DNA of 34,289 nucleotides from a virus (taxonomy: Duplodnaviria; Caudoviricetes). The stretch covers positions 1-34,289 of the IMG/VR virus record IMGVR_UViG_3300020045_004723; one strand, 5' to 3'. Each line of letters starts with the position of its first letter. Within the stretch, counting starts at the first letter, position 1. The notes beneath the pieces were generated by a model, which saw nothing but the letters and a program-made list of their open reading frames with translations, was not told the origin of the DNA and did no database searches. The position numbers and the translations under genes are program-made. Positions 1 through 6,802 of this stretch are shown piece by piece.

Positions 1-2
1 TT

Positions 3-287
3 GACTTATTGCATGACCGATTTAAAAGAGGTTCATCAATGAAATCAGGTTCGGATTTGATTTACAGACCAAAAGAGATTAAAAACATTGATAACAACAA
101 CGGCTGGACCAGGATAGAACCTGATGGAAGTAATTTGCCTAATGATGAGTTTACAATTTCATTTAAATGTGTTTGGCATGATGGTAAAATTGAAGAGGTG
201 TCCGGTAATAAGATTTTGAGGTTATTCAAAAACCAACTTGTTACCCACTACAAACCAATAACACCCCAACTAAAACCAATATACTAA
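3..287 (+). CDS. Hypothetical phage protein, 5'-truncated by the window edge; paralog of 555..953
   Basis: Frame is open to the window start. Shares YRP..K.I..NNGW.RIEPDGSNLP.D and THYKPITP.LKPI with 555..953. Confidence 0.85.
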   Translation, partial: DLLHDRFKRGSSMKSGSDLIYRPKEIKNIDNNNGWTRIEPDGSNLPNDEFTISFKCVWHDGKIEEVSGNKILRLFKNQLVTHYKPITPQLKPIY

Positions 288-601
288 TGCACCACAAAGA
301 ACCCACAACATTAGGTGTTAAGATTAGGATAATCTTAATATTTCTGATACTGCTTGCTATCAGTTGGAAAACGCAAGCCCAACAACACAAGTTATCATCC
401 ACAGGCAAATACGTTATAGGTGACAGCGTTAACAAGCCGATTAAGGTGCTTATCCAAATGGATAAAAGAGAACAGTACGGGATAAAGTACCGCGATACAT
501 TCTGGTTTGTTAGGTATAACAAGCTGATATTGGTTAAGAAAGAAGTTAAGGGATTTAAAATATTGGTTTTAATTCTGGTGTTATTGGTTTATAGTGGGTG
601 A
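287..601 (+). CDS. Small exported protein with putative Sec signal peptide
   Basis: TAATG coupling to the upstream gene. KIR-IILIFLILLAISW-KTQA|Q fits an SPI signal with Gln at +1. The last 47 nt overlap the 3' end of 555..953 antisense. Confidence 0.6.
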   Translation: MHHKEPTTLGVKIRIILIFLILLAISWKTQAQQHKLSSTGKYVIGDSVNKPIKVLIQMDKREQYGIKYRDTFWFVRYNKLILVKKEVKGFKILVLILVLLVYSG

Positions 602-953
602 TTCTATTTGATTTAAAGTTTCTTATTAATCTATTAGCTGTAAAATTTTCAATAGTTCCATCAAAAATATAGCCTTTATAACACTCCTTAAAAGCATCAT
701 CTGGCAAATTACTCCCGTCAGGTTCAATTCTTATCCACCCGTTATTATCAGATATTCCTTTCAGCACAATCGGCCTATAATAATTTCCGATCCATTCCAT
801 TTCTATTCCAGATAAATCGATACCAATAGTTAGGTAACTTAATTTATCATTATTTATAAAAAATCCTTTAGCTTCTAAATAATGCTTAACAAGTTCGTAA
901 TTATTACCCCAAGCCTTTTTAATAGCTTCCTGTTTTGCTTCTTGATTGTTCAT
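555..953 (-). CDS. Hypothetical phage protein (132 aa), paralog of 3..287
   Basis: ATG start, tightly packed in the minus-strand operon, clear paralogy. Confidence 0.88.
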   Translation of the reverse strand: MNNQEAKQEAIKKAWGNNYELVKHYLEAKGFFINNDKLSYLTIGIDLSGIEMEWIGNYYRPIVLKGISDNNGWIRIEPDGSNLPDDAFKECYKGYIFDGTIENFTANRLIRNFKSNRITHYKPITPELKPIF

Positions 954-954
954 A

Positions 955-1104
955 TCAATACCTCTTTAAAATCGGGTGCAACAATACCTCAATACTTAAC
1001 TGTAATGAGATTGGCATTCTGTCTGCCTTACGTTGTGGCTTAGGCTGATTGATGTAGATCGGTAGCCACTTTGACTGTAGATCCTTTAGTGTTGGTTTAG
1101 GCAT
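955..1104 (-). CDS. Small hypothetical protein (49 aa, MPKPTLKDLQSKW...HPILKRY), not in the ORF track
   Basis: Hand translation. Fills the gap exactly, with 1-nt and 4-nt spacers. Confidence 0.65.
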   Translation of the reverse strand: MPKPTLKDLQSKWLPIYINQPKPQRKADRMPISLQLSIEVLLHPILKRY

Positions 1105-1108
1105 GGTT

Positions 1109-1267
1109 TTATAAGTTATATTCAATTTTTAAATGGTTAATAATTCTTTGCGCATCCTCTTTTTTAATCCACATACCAACGCAATTAATTTCGAATCTAC
1201 ATTCATCATCCCTATCTACTTCTGAAATTTCCATTTCATCGTTTTCGTTTTCTATTACTAACTTCAT
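1109..1267 (-). CDS. Hypothetical protein (52 aa, MKLVIENEND...)
   Basis: ATG at 1267 forms an ATGA overlap with the stop of 1264..1608, so it is preferred over the 1342 start. Confidence 0.75.
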   Translation of the reverse strand: MKLVIENENDEMEISEVDRDDECRFEINCVGMWIKKEDAQRIINHLKIEYNL

Positions 1268-1608
1268 GTGGTTGCCTCCAATTGTTTTCTTTCTTGTCTT
1301 CCTAATATCCTGCCATGAATTTCTATTTCGTTTATCATCCAATAGTATCCACTAAACCCGGCACTAATTTTAATGCGTTTCTTAGCATCTATAGCTGTTA
1401 CAACCTCACACATTACATTAGCCCCCCATCCATCTCCAAAGTCATAGTAAAAAGAAGCATACCCGCTTTCTCGTTCAAACATTTTCTTCATTGATTTAGC
1501 TTTCTCTCCAATGTATGTCCTTACAACATAATACTTGTTACTTGCTCCTGTCCATTTGCCATTCCAAGAATTATTGTTAGGCATAGTTAGTTCAAATGAT
1601 ACTTTCAT
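1264..1608 (-). CDS. Conserved-looking hypothetical phage protein (aromatic/Gly-rich: SWNGKW, YYDFGDGW, GFSGYYWM)
   Basis: 114-aa ORF in operon context with protein-like composition. Confidence 0.85.
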   Translation of the reverse strand: MKVSFELTMPNNNSWNGKWTGASNKYYVVRTYIGEKAKSMKKMFERESGYASFYYDFGDGWGANVMCEVVTAIDAKKRIKISAGFSGYYWMINEIEIHGRILGRQERKQLEATT

Positions 1609-1610
1609 AA

Positions 1611-1844
1611 TTACTTATCCAATATAGGGTTAATAAAAGTTTCTACTGAAATAGGAAGTTTACTTTCCATATCCAACCAACTCAACCTATTTAATTCAGC
1701 CTTAATATTGTAAAGTTCTGATTGAATTGCTGATTTAGAGGATGCCGTTTCAAAATCTAAGTTACCGATAGCATCTATTTCCTCGGTGTTTAATGTTTTA
1801 ATTCTGCGATCTATAAAGTTTCGCATTTGGTCTAGTTGGTTCAT
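1611..1844 (-). CDS. Hypothetical helical/coiled-coil protein
   Basis: ATGA overlap with the upstream gene; heptad-like pattern. Confidence 0.8.
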   Translation of the reverse strand: MNQLDQMRNFIDRRIKTLNTEEIDAIGNLDFETASSKSAIQSELYNIKAELNRLSWLDMESKLPISVETFINPILDK

Positions 1845-2101
1845 ACTTTAGCGGTTTGTTGTGGTAAATTATTTGACTTAAACTCTGGTTGGCCGCTCAT
1901 TACGCTATTCCAATAATCAAGACATACATCATCCCAATTATTATCAAGATACATGGTTACGTGACATTCATCGTAATTAGATACAATGAAGTCGTATAAC
2001 TTGTTGATGCTAAAAGGAGCGATAAGTGGTTTGTCGTTTTGGTCAGTGTAATATACCATCCCTTTTGAATCGTAACACTGAAAGTAAGGTTTGTTTTTCA
2101 T
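1841..2101 (-). CDS. Hypothetical protein (86 aa from MKNKPYF)
   Basis: ATG at 2101 follows an A-rich initiation region (aatcaataaacaaa). The longer 2272 start runs through a hairpin-rich region. Confidence 0.7.
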   Translation of the reverse strand: MKNKPYFQCYDSKGMVYYTDQNDKPLIAPFSINKLYDFIVSNYDECHVTMYLDNNWDDVCLDYWNSVMSGQPEFKSNNLPQQTAKV

Positions 2102-2303
2102 TTTGTTTATTGATTTTGTACCAGCTAAATCGCAAGCTTTGTGAGCGTTGCGCTGATCATTACCGCAATTGCAGTAACGGTAATTATTTAGGTAATGGAT
2201 TATCTTAATAAGATGGATTTTCACCCGGTATTTGATGTTGTTTTCATGTGATTGTTTTTTAACGACAAACACCTCAAAAAATAGAAGTCGGGCATTATAA
2301 GGA

Positions 2304-2465
2304 TCAATTTTTATATTTTAGTTTTTTTAAACAATTTTTACATGTGACTTTTCGAATATTTAAAGTTGTGGTAAGCATAAACAAAGGGTCTTTCATTCCG
2401 CAAATTGTTCTTGTATAATCTTCTTCGTTAAGTTTACGAGAATTCCAATCGTAGTGTGTTTTCAT
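2304..2465 (-). CDS. Small putative zinc-binding protein (53 aa; H...CG...CKNC), not in the ORF track
   Basis: Hand translation MKTHYDWNSRKLNEEDYTRTICGMKDPLFMLTTTLNIRKVTCKNCLKKLKYKN; A-rich leader. Confidence 0.75.
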   Translation of the reverse strand: MKTHYDWNSRKLNEEDYTRTICGMKDPLFMLTTTLNIRKVTCKNCLKKLKYKN

Positions 2466-2506
2466 ATCAATTTTTTTAATTTTATAATAGCAAAAAAGAG
2501 TAAATT

Positions 2507-2623
2507 TTAATGTCTAATTTCTTCTTTTGTTAACATATTAACTCCTGTTTTTTGCTTATTTGCACAAGCCTCAATTAAAAAATCTTCTGATGAAGTTCTA
2601 ATGTTATCTGAAAATGTTCTCAT
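2507..2623 (-). CDS. Small hypothetical protein (38 aa, MRTFSDNIRTSSEDF...)
   Basis: First ATG ORF downstream of the leftward promoter at 2667-2674. Confidence 0.5.
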   Translation of the reverse strand: MRTFSDNIRTSSEDFLIEACANKQKTGVNMLTKEEIRH

Positions 2624-2666
2624 AATCTGAAATTTACCAAACCGCCTTATTGCTGTTTGTATGGAA

Positions 2667-2764
2667 CAAATATATAAAGTAATATCACTTTATTTGTCAT
2701 ATATTTGTCATTAATAATATTACTTTGATTATTCTTTGTTATTACTTTAATATTACTATATTTG
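2667..2764. promoter_or_regulatory. Divergent Bacteroidota-type promoters with repeated operator-like boxes
   Basis: TATATTTG on minus (2674-2667) and plus (2757-2764, with TTTG at 2735-2738). Near-palindrome AAAGTAATATCACTTT at 2676-2691; related half-sites at 2717-2726, 2739-2748 and 2750-2759. Confidence 0.75.
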
Positions 2765-2767
2765 TGC

Positions 2768-2914
2768 ATGGGAAAAAAAGAATCAGATACAACATTCTTA
2801 CTTAGGATAGATAAGGATGTTAAAATTAAAGCAGAGCAGGAAGCAAAAAAATCTGATCGTTCGCTGAATTGGTTTATTAATAATATTGTTAAATTAAGTT
2901 TAAATATTAAATAA
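2768..2914 (+). CDS. Ribbon-helix-helix (Arc/CopG-like) transcription regulator, 48 aa, not in the ORF track
   Basis: MGKKESDTTFLLRIDKDVKIKAEQEAKKSDRSLNWFINNIVKLSLNIK has the F.LRI...L...A....RSLN..I RHH signature. Confidence 0.85.
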   Translation: MGKKESDTTFLLRIDKDVKIKAEQEAKKSDRSLNWFINNIVKLSLNIK

Positions 2915-2916
2915 TT

Positions 2917-3126
2917 ATGGATATTAAATTTAAAAAAGGTGATCGTGTCGAAGTAATTAAATGCGATGATTACCAAAAGGCAAAATACAAATATGAAGTT
3001 GGATATATTGGAACAATAAATGAAGATGATTCAGAAAATCCATTTGTATTCTTTGATGAAGAAATATCTAACTACACATCTTTAGGAACGGCAGTAGATC
3101 AAAGCGAACTGAAATTAATAGTTTAA
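2917..3126 (+). CDS. Small SH3/KOW-like beta protein
   Basis: FKKGDRVEV...GYIGTI...SELKL pattern, common in small phage proteins. Confidence 0.8.
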   Translation: MDIKFKKGDRVEVIKCDDYQKAKYKYEVGYIGTINEDDSENPFVFFDEEISNYTSLGTAVDQSELKLIV

Positions 3127-3150
3127 CCCAACAACCTTAAAATAAGAATT

Positions 3151-3351
3151 ATGAAAAATACAAATCCAAAAAATAAAAAAATTGAATTATCAAAGGACTA
3201 CGTTAAAGGCTATACCCTAGACGCCAACGGTATTGATTCGGTTAAAAAATTGTTAAATAATAGTAGTGAGGTTTATTGTCTAAATACAGAAGATTACGAT
3301 GACAATACCGGTAGTGTTACAATAACTATTCACTTTAAGGATACGGAATAA
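3151..3351 (+). CDS. Hypothetical protein
   Basis: 66-aa ORF, A-rich leader, TAATG coupling to the next gene. Confidence 0.75.
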   Translation: MKNTNPKNKKIELSKDYVKGYTLDANGIDSVKKLLNNSSEVYCLNTEDYDDNTGSVTITIHFKDTE

Positions 3352-3494
3352 TGAAATTAACAATCCAACAACAAACGAACATCCTTAAAGGCCGCCAATC
3401 CATCCAATACGCTGCCGAATATGCGGAATGGGTTTTACATCGAGATGGTAGCGAAAGCGGTACGTGGTATAGTGATCGGTTTAAAAGGAGATAG
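3351..3494 (+). CDS. Small hypothetical protein (47 aa, MKLTIQQQTN...DRFKRR), not in the ORF track
   Basis: Hand translation; fills the gap exactly. Confidence 0.7.
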   Translation: MKLTIQQQTNILKGRQSIQYAAEYAEWVLHRDGSESGTWYSDRFKRR

Positions 3495-3496
3495 GA

Positions 3497-3952
3497 ATGA
3501 AAGATAATTTAGAGAAATGGAAAGAAATAAAAGGATATGAGGGATTATATATGGTGTCTGACCTTGGTAATATTTTTGGTATAAAATACGGTAGGGTTGT
3601 TAAGAATAACTTAAATATAACCAAAGATGGCTATAAACATTTAGCTGTTAGTCTTTCTAAAGAAAATGTTACAAAAACATTTACTGTTAAAAAGTTAGTA
3701 TTTAACAATTTCATTGGCTTTAGTAAAAGAGTAATTAAAAATATAAATGGGGATGCCCTTGATTGTAGGCTTATTAACCTAACAGATACAATGTCTGTAA
3801 TTAGAAAAGATTCTATAAAAGTAATTGACTTAAAAACCAATAAAACTTACGAAAGCGCAAGCATATTAGCAAAAGAGCTTAACACAAAATCTTCTGTTTT
3901 GCTTTATCGAATAAGAAATAACTCCGATTACGCTAGATATAAACTGATTTAA
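3497..3952 (+). CDS. NUMOD4-domain protein with degenerate HNH and C-terminal NUMOD1-like DNA-binding segment
   Basis: EKWKEIKGYEGLYMVSDLGNI is NUMOD4. IKNINGDALDCRLINL aligns to the HNH motif but lacks the His. Confidence 0.85.
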   Translation: MKDNLEKWKEIKGYEGLYMVSDLGNIFGIKYGRVVKNNLNITKDGYKHLAVSLSKENVTKTFTVKKLVFNNFIGFSKRVIKNINGDALDCRLINLTDTMSVIRKDSIKVIDLKTNKTYESASILAKELNTKSSVLLYRIRNNSDYARYKLI

Positions 3953-3957
3953 ACCAC

Positions 3958-3987
3958 AAAAAAGCCACTTCATAACGAGGTGGCTTT
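3958..3987. terminator. Intrinsic terminator hairpin (stronger U-tract on minus)
   Basis: AAAAAAGCCACTTC-ATAAC-GAGGTGGCTTT. Confidence 0.75.
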
Positions 3988-4042
3988 AAAAAACAGGGTT
4001 TATCCTGCATAAATAATTATTTAAATATTATAATTTTAAAAC

Positions 4043-4348
4043 ATGAATTACAGAAAAAAACCAGTAGAAATCGAGGCAATTAAATTTGAAAAGACAGCTA
4101 AGTCAATTTATGAAGTTAATGAATTTATTAACGGAAAGGCCCCAGATAATAGAGGTGTTGTTGCCTCTGAACGATGGGATGATTATGTTAGTTACATATT
4201 TTCCGCTGGCGGAATACTAATTAAAACATTAGAAAGTAAAGGAGACGGTCATTTTGCTTCATTTGGAGATTACATTATAAAGGGAGTTAAGGGAGAATTT
4301 TACGCTTGTAAGCCAGATATATTTGAATTAAGTTACGATAAGGTTTAA
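4043..4348 (+). CDS. Widespread small phage protein (RKKPV.IEA...GDYIIKGVKGEFY.CKPDIF..SY family); possible nucleotide-signal sponge
   Basis: Motif recognition; the function is inferred only. Confidence 0.85.
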   Translation: MNYRKKPVEIEAIKFEKTAKSIYEVNEFINGKAPDNRGVVASERWDDYVSYIFSAGGILIKTLESKGDGHFASFGDYIIKGVKGEFYACKPDIFELSYDKV

Positions 4349-4352
4349 CAAA

Positions 4353-4388
4353 AAAAAAGCCACTAACTTAACCGCTAGTGGCTTTTTT
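4353..4388. terminator. Bidirectional intrinsic terminator between convergent units
   Basis: AAAAAAGCCACTA-N10-TAGTGGCTTTTTT. Confidence 0.88.
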
Positions 4389-4410
4389 AAAACCCCTGAA
4401 TATATTGGTT

Positions 4411-4617
4411 TTAAATATCATCTAACAAATTCTCTAAAACTTCCGCTAATCTTGCGCCAATCTTAGAAGCTATGTAAGGCTTTATCAATGGCCATACAGC
4501 AATTATCAACAGCCTTTTTAACCACCCTAATTTAGCCTCTTTAGCTAATTCCTGTGGATTAACATCAGCAAGCAAATCAACCTCTTGAATTGCCTCTATT
4601 ACTTCTCTTCTACGCAT
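4411..4617 (-). CDS. Small lysis-region protein with cationic amphipathic segment
   Basis: 68 aa containing KLGWLKRLLIIAVWPLIKPYIASKIGARL; last gene of the endolysin operon. Confidence 0.8.
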   Translation of the reverse strand: MRRREVIEAIQEVDLLADVNPQELAKEAKLGWLKRLLIIAVWPLIKPYIASKIGARLAEVLENLLDDI

Positions 4618-4619
4618 AA

Positions 4620-4715
4620 TTATATAAGCTTAATGTATTTCATCATTACAAGCATGCAATAGAACATAATCAATACGGCTATGCACCCTATTATGAACCA
4701 TGTTGTAGCTTTCAT
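4620..4715 (-). CDS. 31-aa single-TM peptide (MKATTWFIIGCIAVLIMFYCMLVMMKYIKLI), not in the ORF track
   Basis: ATGA overlap with the putative holin stop; ends 2 nt before the next ATG. Confidence 0.7.
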   Translation of the reverse strand: MKATTWFIIGCIAVLIMFYCMLVMMKYIKLI

Positions 4716-4987
4716 TTCTTTATATCTTCAGCTACTTCAACCGCTTTATCATTGCTTGCGTAAGTTGTCGTTACGCTTGGATTGGCAAATAAGTTCTTAG
4801 ACAAATAAGTTAAGAACGAAATTACAGCAACGTTAGCTATACTTTTCCAATTAACCGTAAAATCCTCCGCCTGTAATGACTGAATCAATATCGTGAATGC
4901 TGGAGATATAGCCGCTACTACTCCGCCTTTCAGTAAGTCTCGCCAATTAAGCGAACCTTGTTTGTTTACTATTACTTTGTTTGCCAT
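4712..4987 (-). CDS. Putative holin (two TM segments)
   Basis: 91 aa directly after the endolysin; two hydrophobic helices and a charged C-tail. Confidence 0.7.
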   Translation of the reverse strand: MANKVIVNKQGSLNWRDLLKGGVVAAISPAFTILIQSLQAEDFTVNWKSIANVAVISFLTYLSKNLFANPSVTTTYASNDKAVEVAEDIKK

Positions 4988-4989
4988 GA

Positions 4990-5544
4990 TTATACTTTCT
5001 TCATACCGGCACTAATTAACCTGGTATCATATTTAAATTGTTTATAGCCGCTGCCATTGTAGTAATAAGCAAAAGTAGATGCATCACCTTGTTTTAACGC
5101 ATTATCAAGCTTTTTATTTGATTTTATAAACCTTATTGCAATGTCTAATTGATTACGCTCCGAAACCTTTGCATAATCCCACATTTCGCCAACAGATTTA
5201 AAACCCAATAACTTCCAATGAAACCCCATTACCTGCATTAATCCGATTGAAGTAGATTCCATTGCCGCGTTAGGATTTAAGGCAAATGCTGAATTAAAAG
5301 CTTCCCATTCCTTAGCTTGTCTATCTACTCCATTTTGTGACCAAATTCCGCTAGGTGTATAAGGCGACTTTCTTTTAAACCATGAGGGTTCGAATTGAAT
5401 TATAATCTTACCATCCGCACCAAAACCTAGCCCGCCAGATTCTACCTTAATAACAGCCATTAGGTTATCGAAAGTATATCCGTTTGATCTTGCCAGATCA
5501 GCAACTTGAAAGTTTAAAAGCTTCTTACTATCGTTTAATGCCAT
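4990..5544 (-). CDS. Endolysin, N-acetylmuramidase (DUF3380-type)
   Basis: AVIKVESGG.GF, FEP, STSIGLMQVMGFHW..LGF and FA.YYNG..Y...YD.RL motifs. Confidence 0.93.
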   Translation of the reverse strand: MALNDSKKLLNFQVADLARSNGYTFDNLMAVIKVESGGLGFGADGKIIIQFEPSWFKRKSPYTPSGIWSQNGVDRQAKEWEAFNSAFALNPNAAMESTSIGLMQVMGFHWKLLGFKSVGEMWDYAKVSERNQLDIAIRFIKSNKKLDNALKQGDASTFAYYYNGSGYKQFKYDTRLISAGMKKV

Positions 5545-5658
5545 TTATTTGCAATTACCTGTTAATGGCGTGTTTTTAGGATAAAGCACGTATTTTCCAG
5601 CAATAAGAAAGTATTTATACTTCTTTCTATCTTTTGGCTATATGTAAGGCTTATCCAT
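5545..5658 (-). other. Leader ORF or pseudogene with an in-frame TAG at codon 7
   Basis: MDKPYI*PKDRKKYKYFLIAGKYVLYPKNTPLTGNCK*; the final TAA directly abuts the endolysin ATG. Confidence 0.5.
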
Positions 5659-5662
5659 ACCC

Positions 5663-5694
5663 CTAAGTTAGCAACAATTATGCGTAAAAGCAAA
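5663..5694 (-). promoter_or_regulatory. Putative promoter of the endolysin operon
   Basis: TTTG-N20-TAACTTAG, one mismatch from TAnnTTTG; ATG 4 nt downstream. Confidence 0.6.
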
Positions 5695-5723
5695 AAAGCG
5701 CAAGGGGATTAACCGATGCGCTT
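5692..5723 (-). terminator. Intrinsic terminator after 5742..6041
   Basis: AAGCGCA-N14-TGCGCTTTTTT on minus. Confidence 0.7.
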
Positions 5724-5741
5724 AAAACAAATATTTTATTT

Positions 5742-6041
5742 TTAATTGTTTAATATCTCAAATATTAGTTGTTTTGATTTTAAGTTCCACTCACTCAATT
5801 TTGATTTATCTCCATTCGAAATAGAATTGCTTAATTCAATCAAAGCTTCTAACAATTCGGGAGATGAAGCGATTAATTTAGCATTAAATTCACTTAATGG
5901 CGCATAACATGTTCTAGCTATCAATGTTCCATTAACTAATGTGCTTTCGCTATCAGACCATATATGATGAAGCGATGGAAATTCTTTATTTTGCTCAACA
6001 AACCATTTACCTTTAGTGCCTTTGAAATCTTTTAAATCCAT
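5742..6041 (-). CDS. Moron-like hypothetical protein (FKGTKGKW...NAKLIASSPELLEAL family)
   Basis: Common small-phage-protein motif. ATG at 6041 lies 4 nt after TATATTTG (6053-6046); own terminator. Confidence 0.85.
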   Translation of the reverse strand: MDLKDFKGTKGKWFVEQNKEFPSLHHIWSDSESTLVNGTLIARTCYAPLSEFNAKLIASSPELLEALIELSNSISNGDKSKLSEWNLKSKQLIFEILNN

Positions 6042-6091
6042 ACGACAAATATACAACTTACCAAAACACCTTTTTGTAACAATTCAGATAC

Positions 6092-6119
6092 AAAAAAGCT
6101 CTAACGTTTCCGATAGGGC
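6092..6119 (-). terminator. Intrinsic terminator ending the membrane-protein module
   Basis: GCCCTATCG-GAAA-CGTTAGAGC-TTTTTT on minus (two mismatches). Confidence 0.6.
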
Positions 6120-6126
6120 AATTTCG

Positions 6127-6408
6127 CTACTTCTTAAAAACCCTGCAAAAGAAAACGTCTATGCCTTTTATTCTATCTATGATAACCTTTATGAGTATTA
6201 CGCTAAACAAAGTTAATATACCCTCGTTCCATGTATGCTTAGGCGTTACTATGGTAGCAGTAAAGAAGTACACATATTCAAACCAATAATAAGAATTTTT
6301 TATTTGATCGAAAGATTCTGGATTATCCTTATAAAAGCAAAGCAATGCCCTTTTTATCAATAGAAATATTACCGCAAGCAATGACTGAATAAAGATTACA
6401 CTTATCAT
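6127..6408 (-). CDS. Small membrane protein (2-3 TM)
   Basis: ATGA overlap with 6405..6746; hydrophobic segments. Confidence 0.65.
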   Translation of the reverse strand: MISVIFIQSLLAVIFLLIKRALLCFYKDNPESFDQIKNSYYWFEYVYFFTATIVTPKHTWNEGILTLFSVILIKVIIDRIKGIDVFFCRVFKK

Positions 6409-6746
6409 TTTTTTATCTCCTTCATAAGGTCAAGAACCTGTTTATTGATCTCTCTACTTTGTTGATCAATCTTGTTGTTGATCTGCTCCCTATCCCTATT
6501 CTGCTGTTCTGCAATGCCCTTTATCTGATTGATCAACTGATCAAACTTGGGTGTAACTACATCGTCGATAGCATCCTTTATCCTGCTTGCCATTTCTTCC
6601 TTACGTATCTTACTATAGGTATCTGCCAGCTTCCAAACGGTTATGATTAATGGGGTTACGATCACAAGAACGGTTTTTATGATTTCCATCCATTGTTCGG
6701 AGATAGGTTTATCGAGCATTGTTGTTTTCATAGTCGTACTTTTCAT
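6405..6746 (-). CDS. Single-TM plus coiled-coil protein (holin/antiholin/hemolysin XhlA-like architecture)
   Basis: IIKTVLVIVTPLIITVW followed by a Q/K/E-rich heptad region. The start codon is uncertain. Confidence 0.8.
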   Translation of the reverse strand: MKSTTMKTTMLDKPISEQWMEIIKTVLVIVTPLIITVWKLADTYSKIRKEEMASRIKDAIDDVVTPKFDQLINQIKGIAEQQNRDREQINNKIDQQSREINKQVLDLMKEIKK

Positions 6747-6802
6747 CGCACTTTAATTAGTACAAAATTCACGCCTAAATAGTATAAGTTTAACCAAATT
6801 AG

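Noticed and set aside
241-522. 93-aa minus-strand ORF
   Set aside because: Antisense shadow of the plus-strand genes; no initiation context.
2647-2976. 109-aa minus-strand ORF
   Set aside because: Runs antisense across the RHH gene and the divergent promoters; low-complexity AT-rich translation.
4683-4715. Lipobox-like IIGC in the 31-aa peptide (possible spanin)
   Set aside because: The Cys is at position 11 with too short a hydrophobic region, and there is no periplasmic domain after it.
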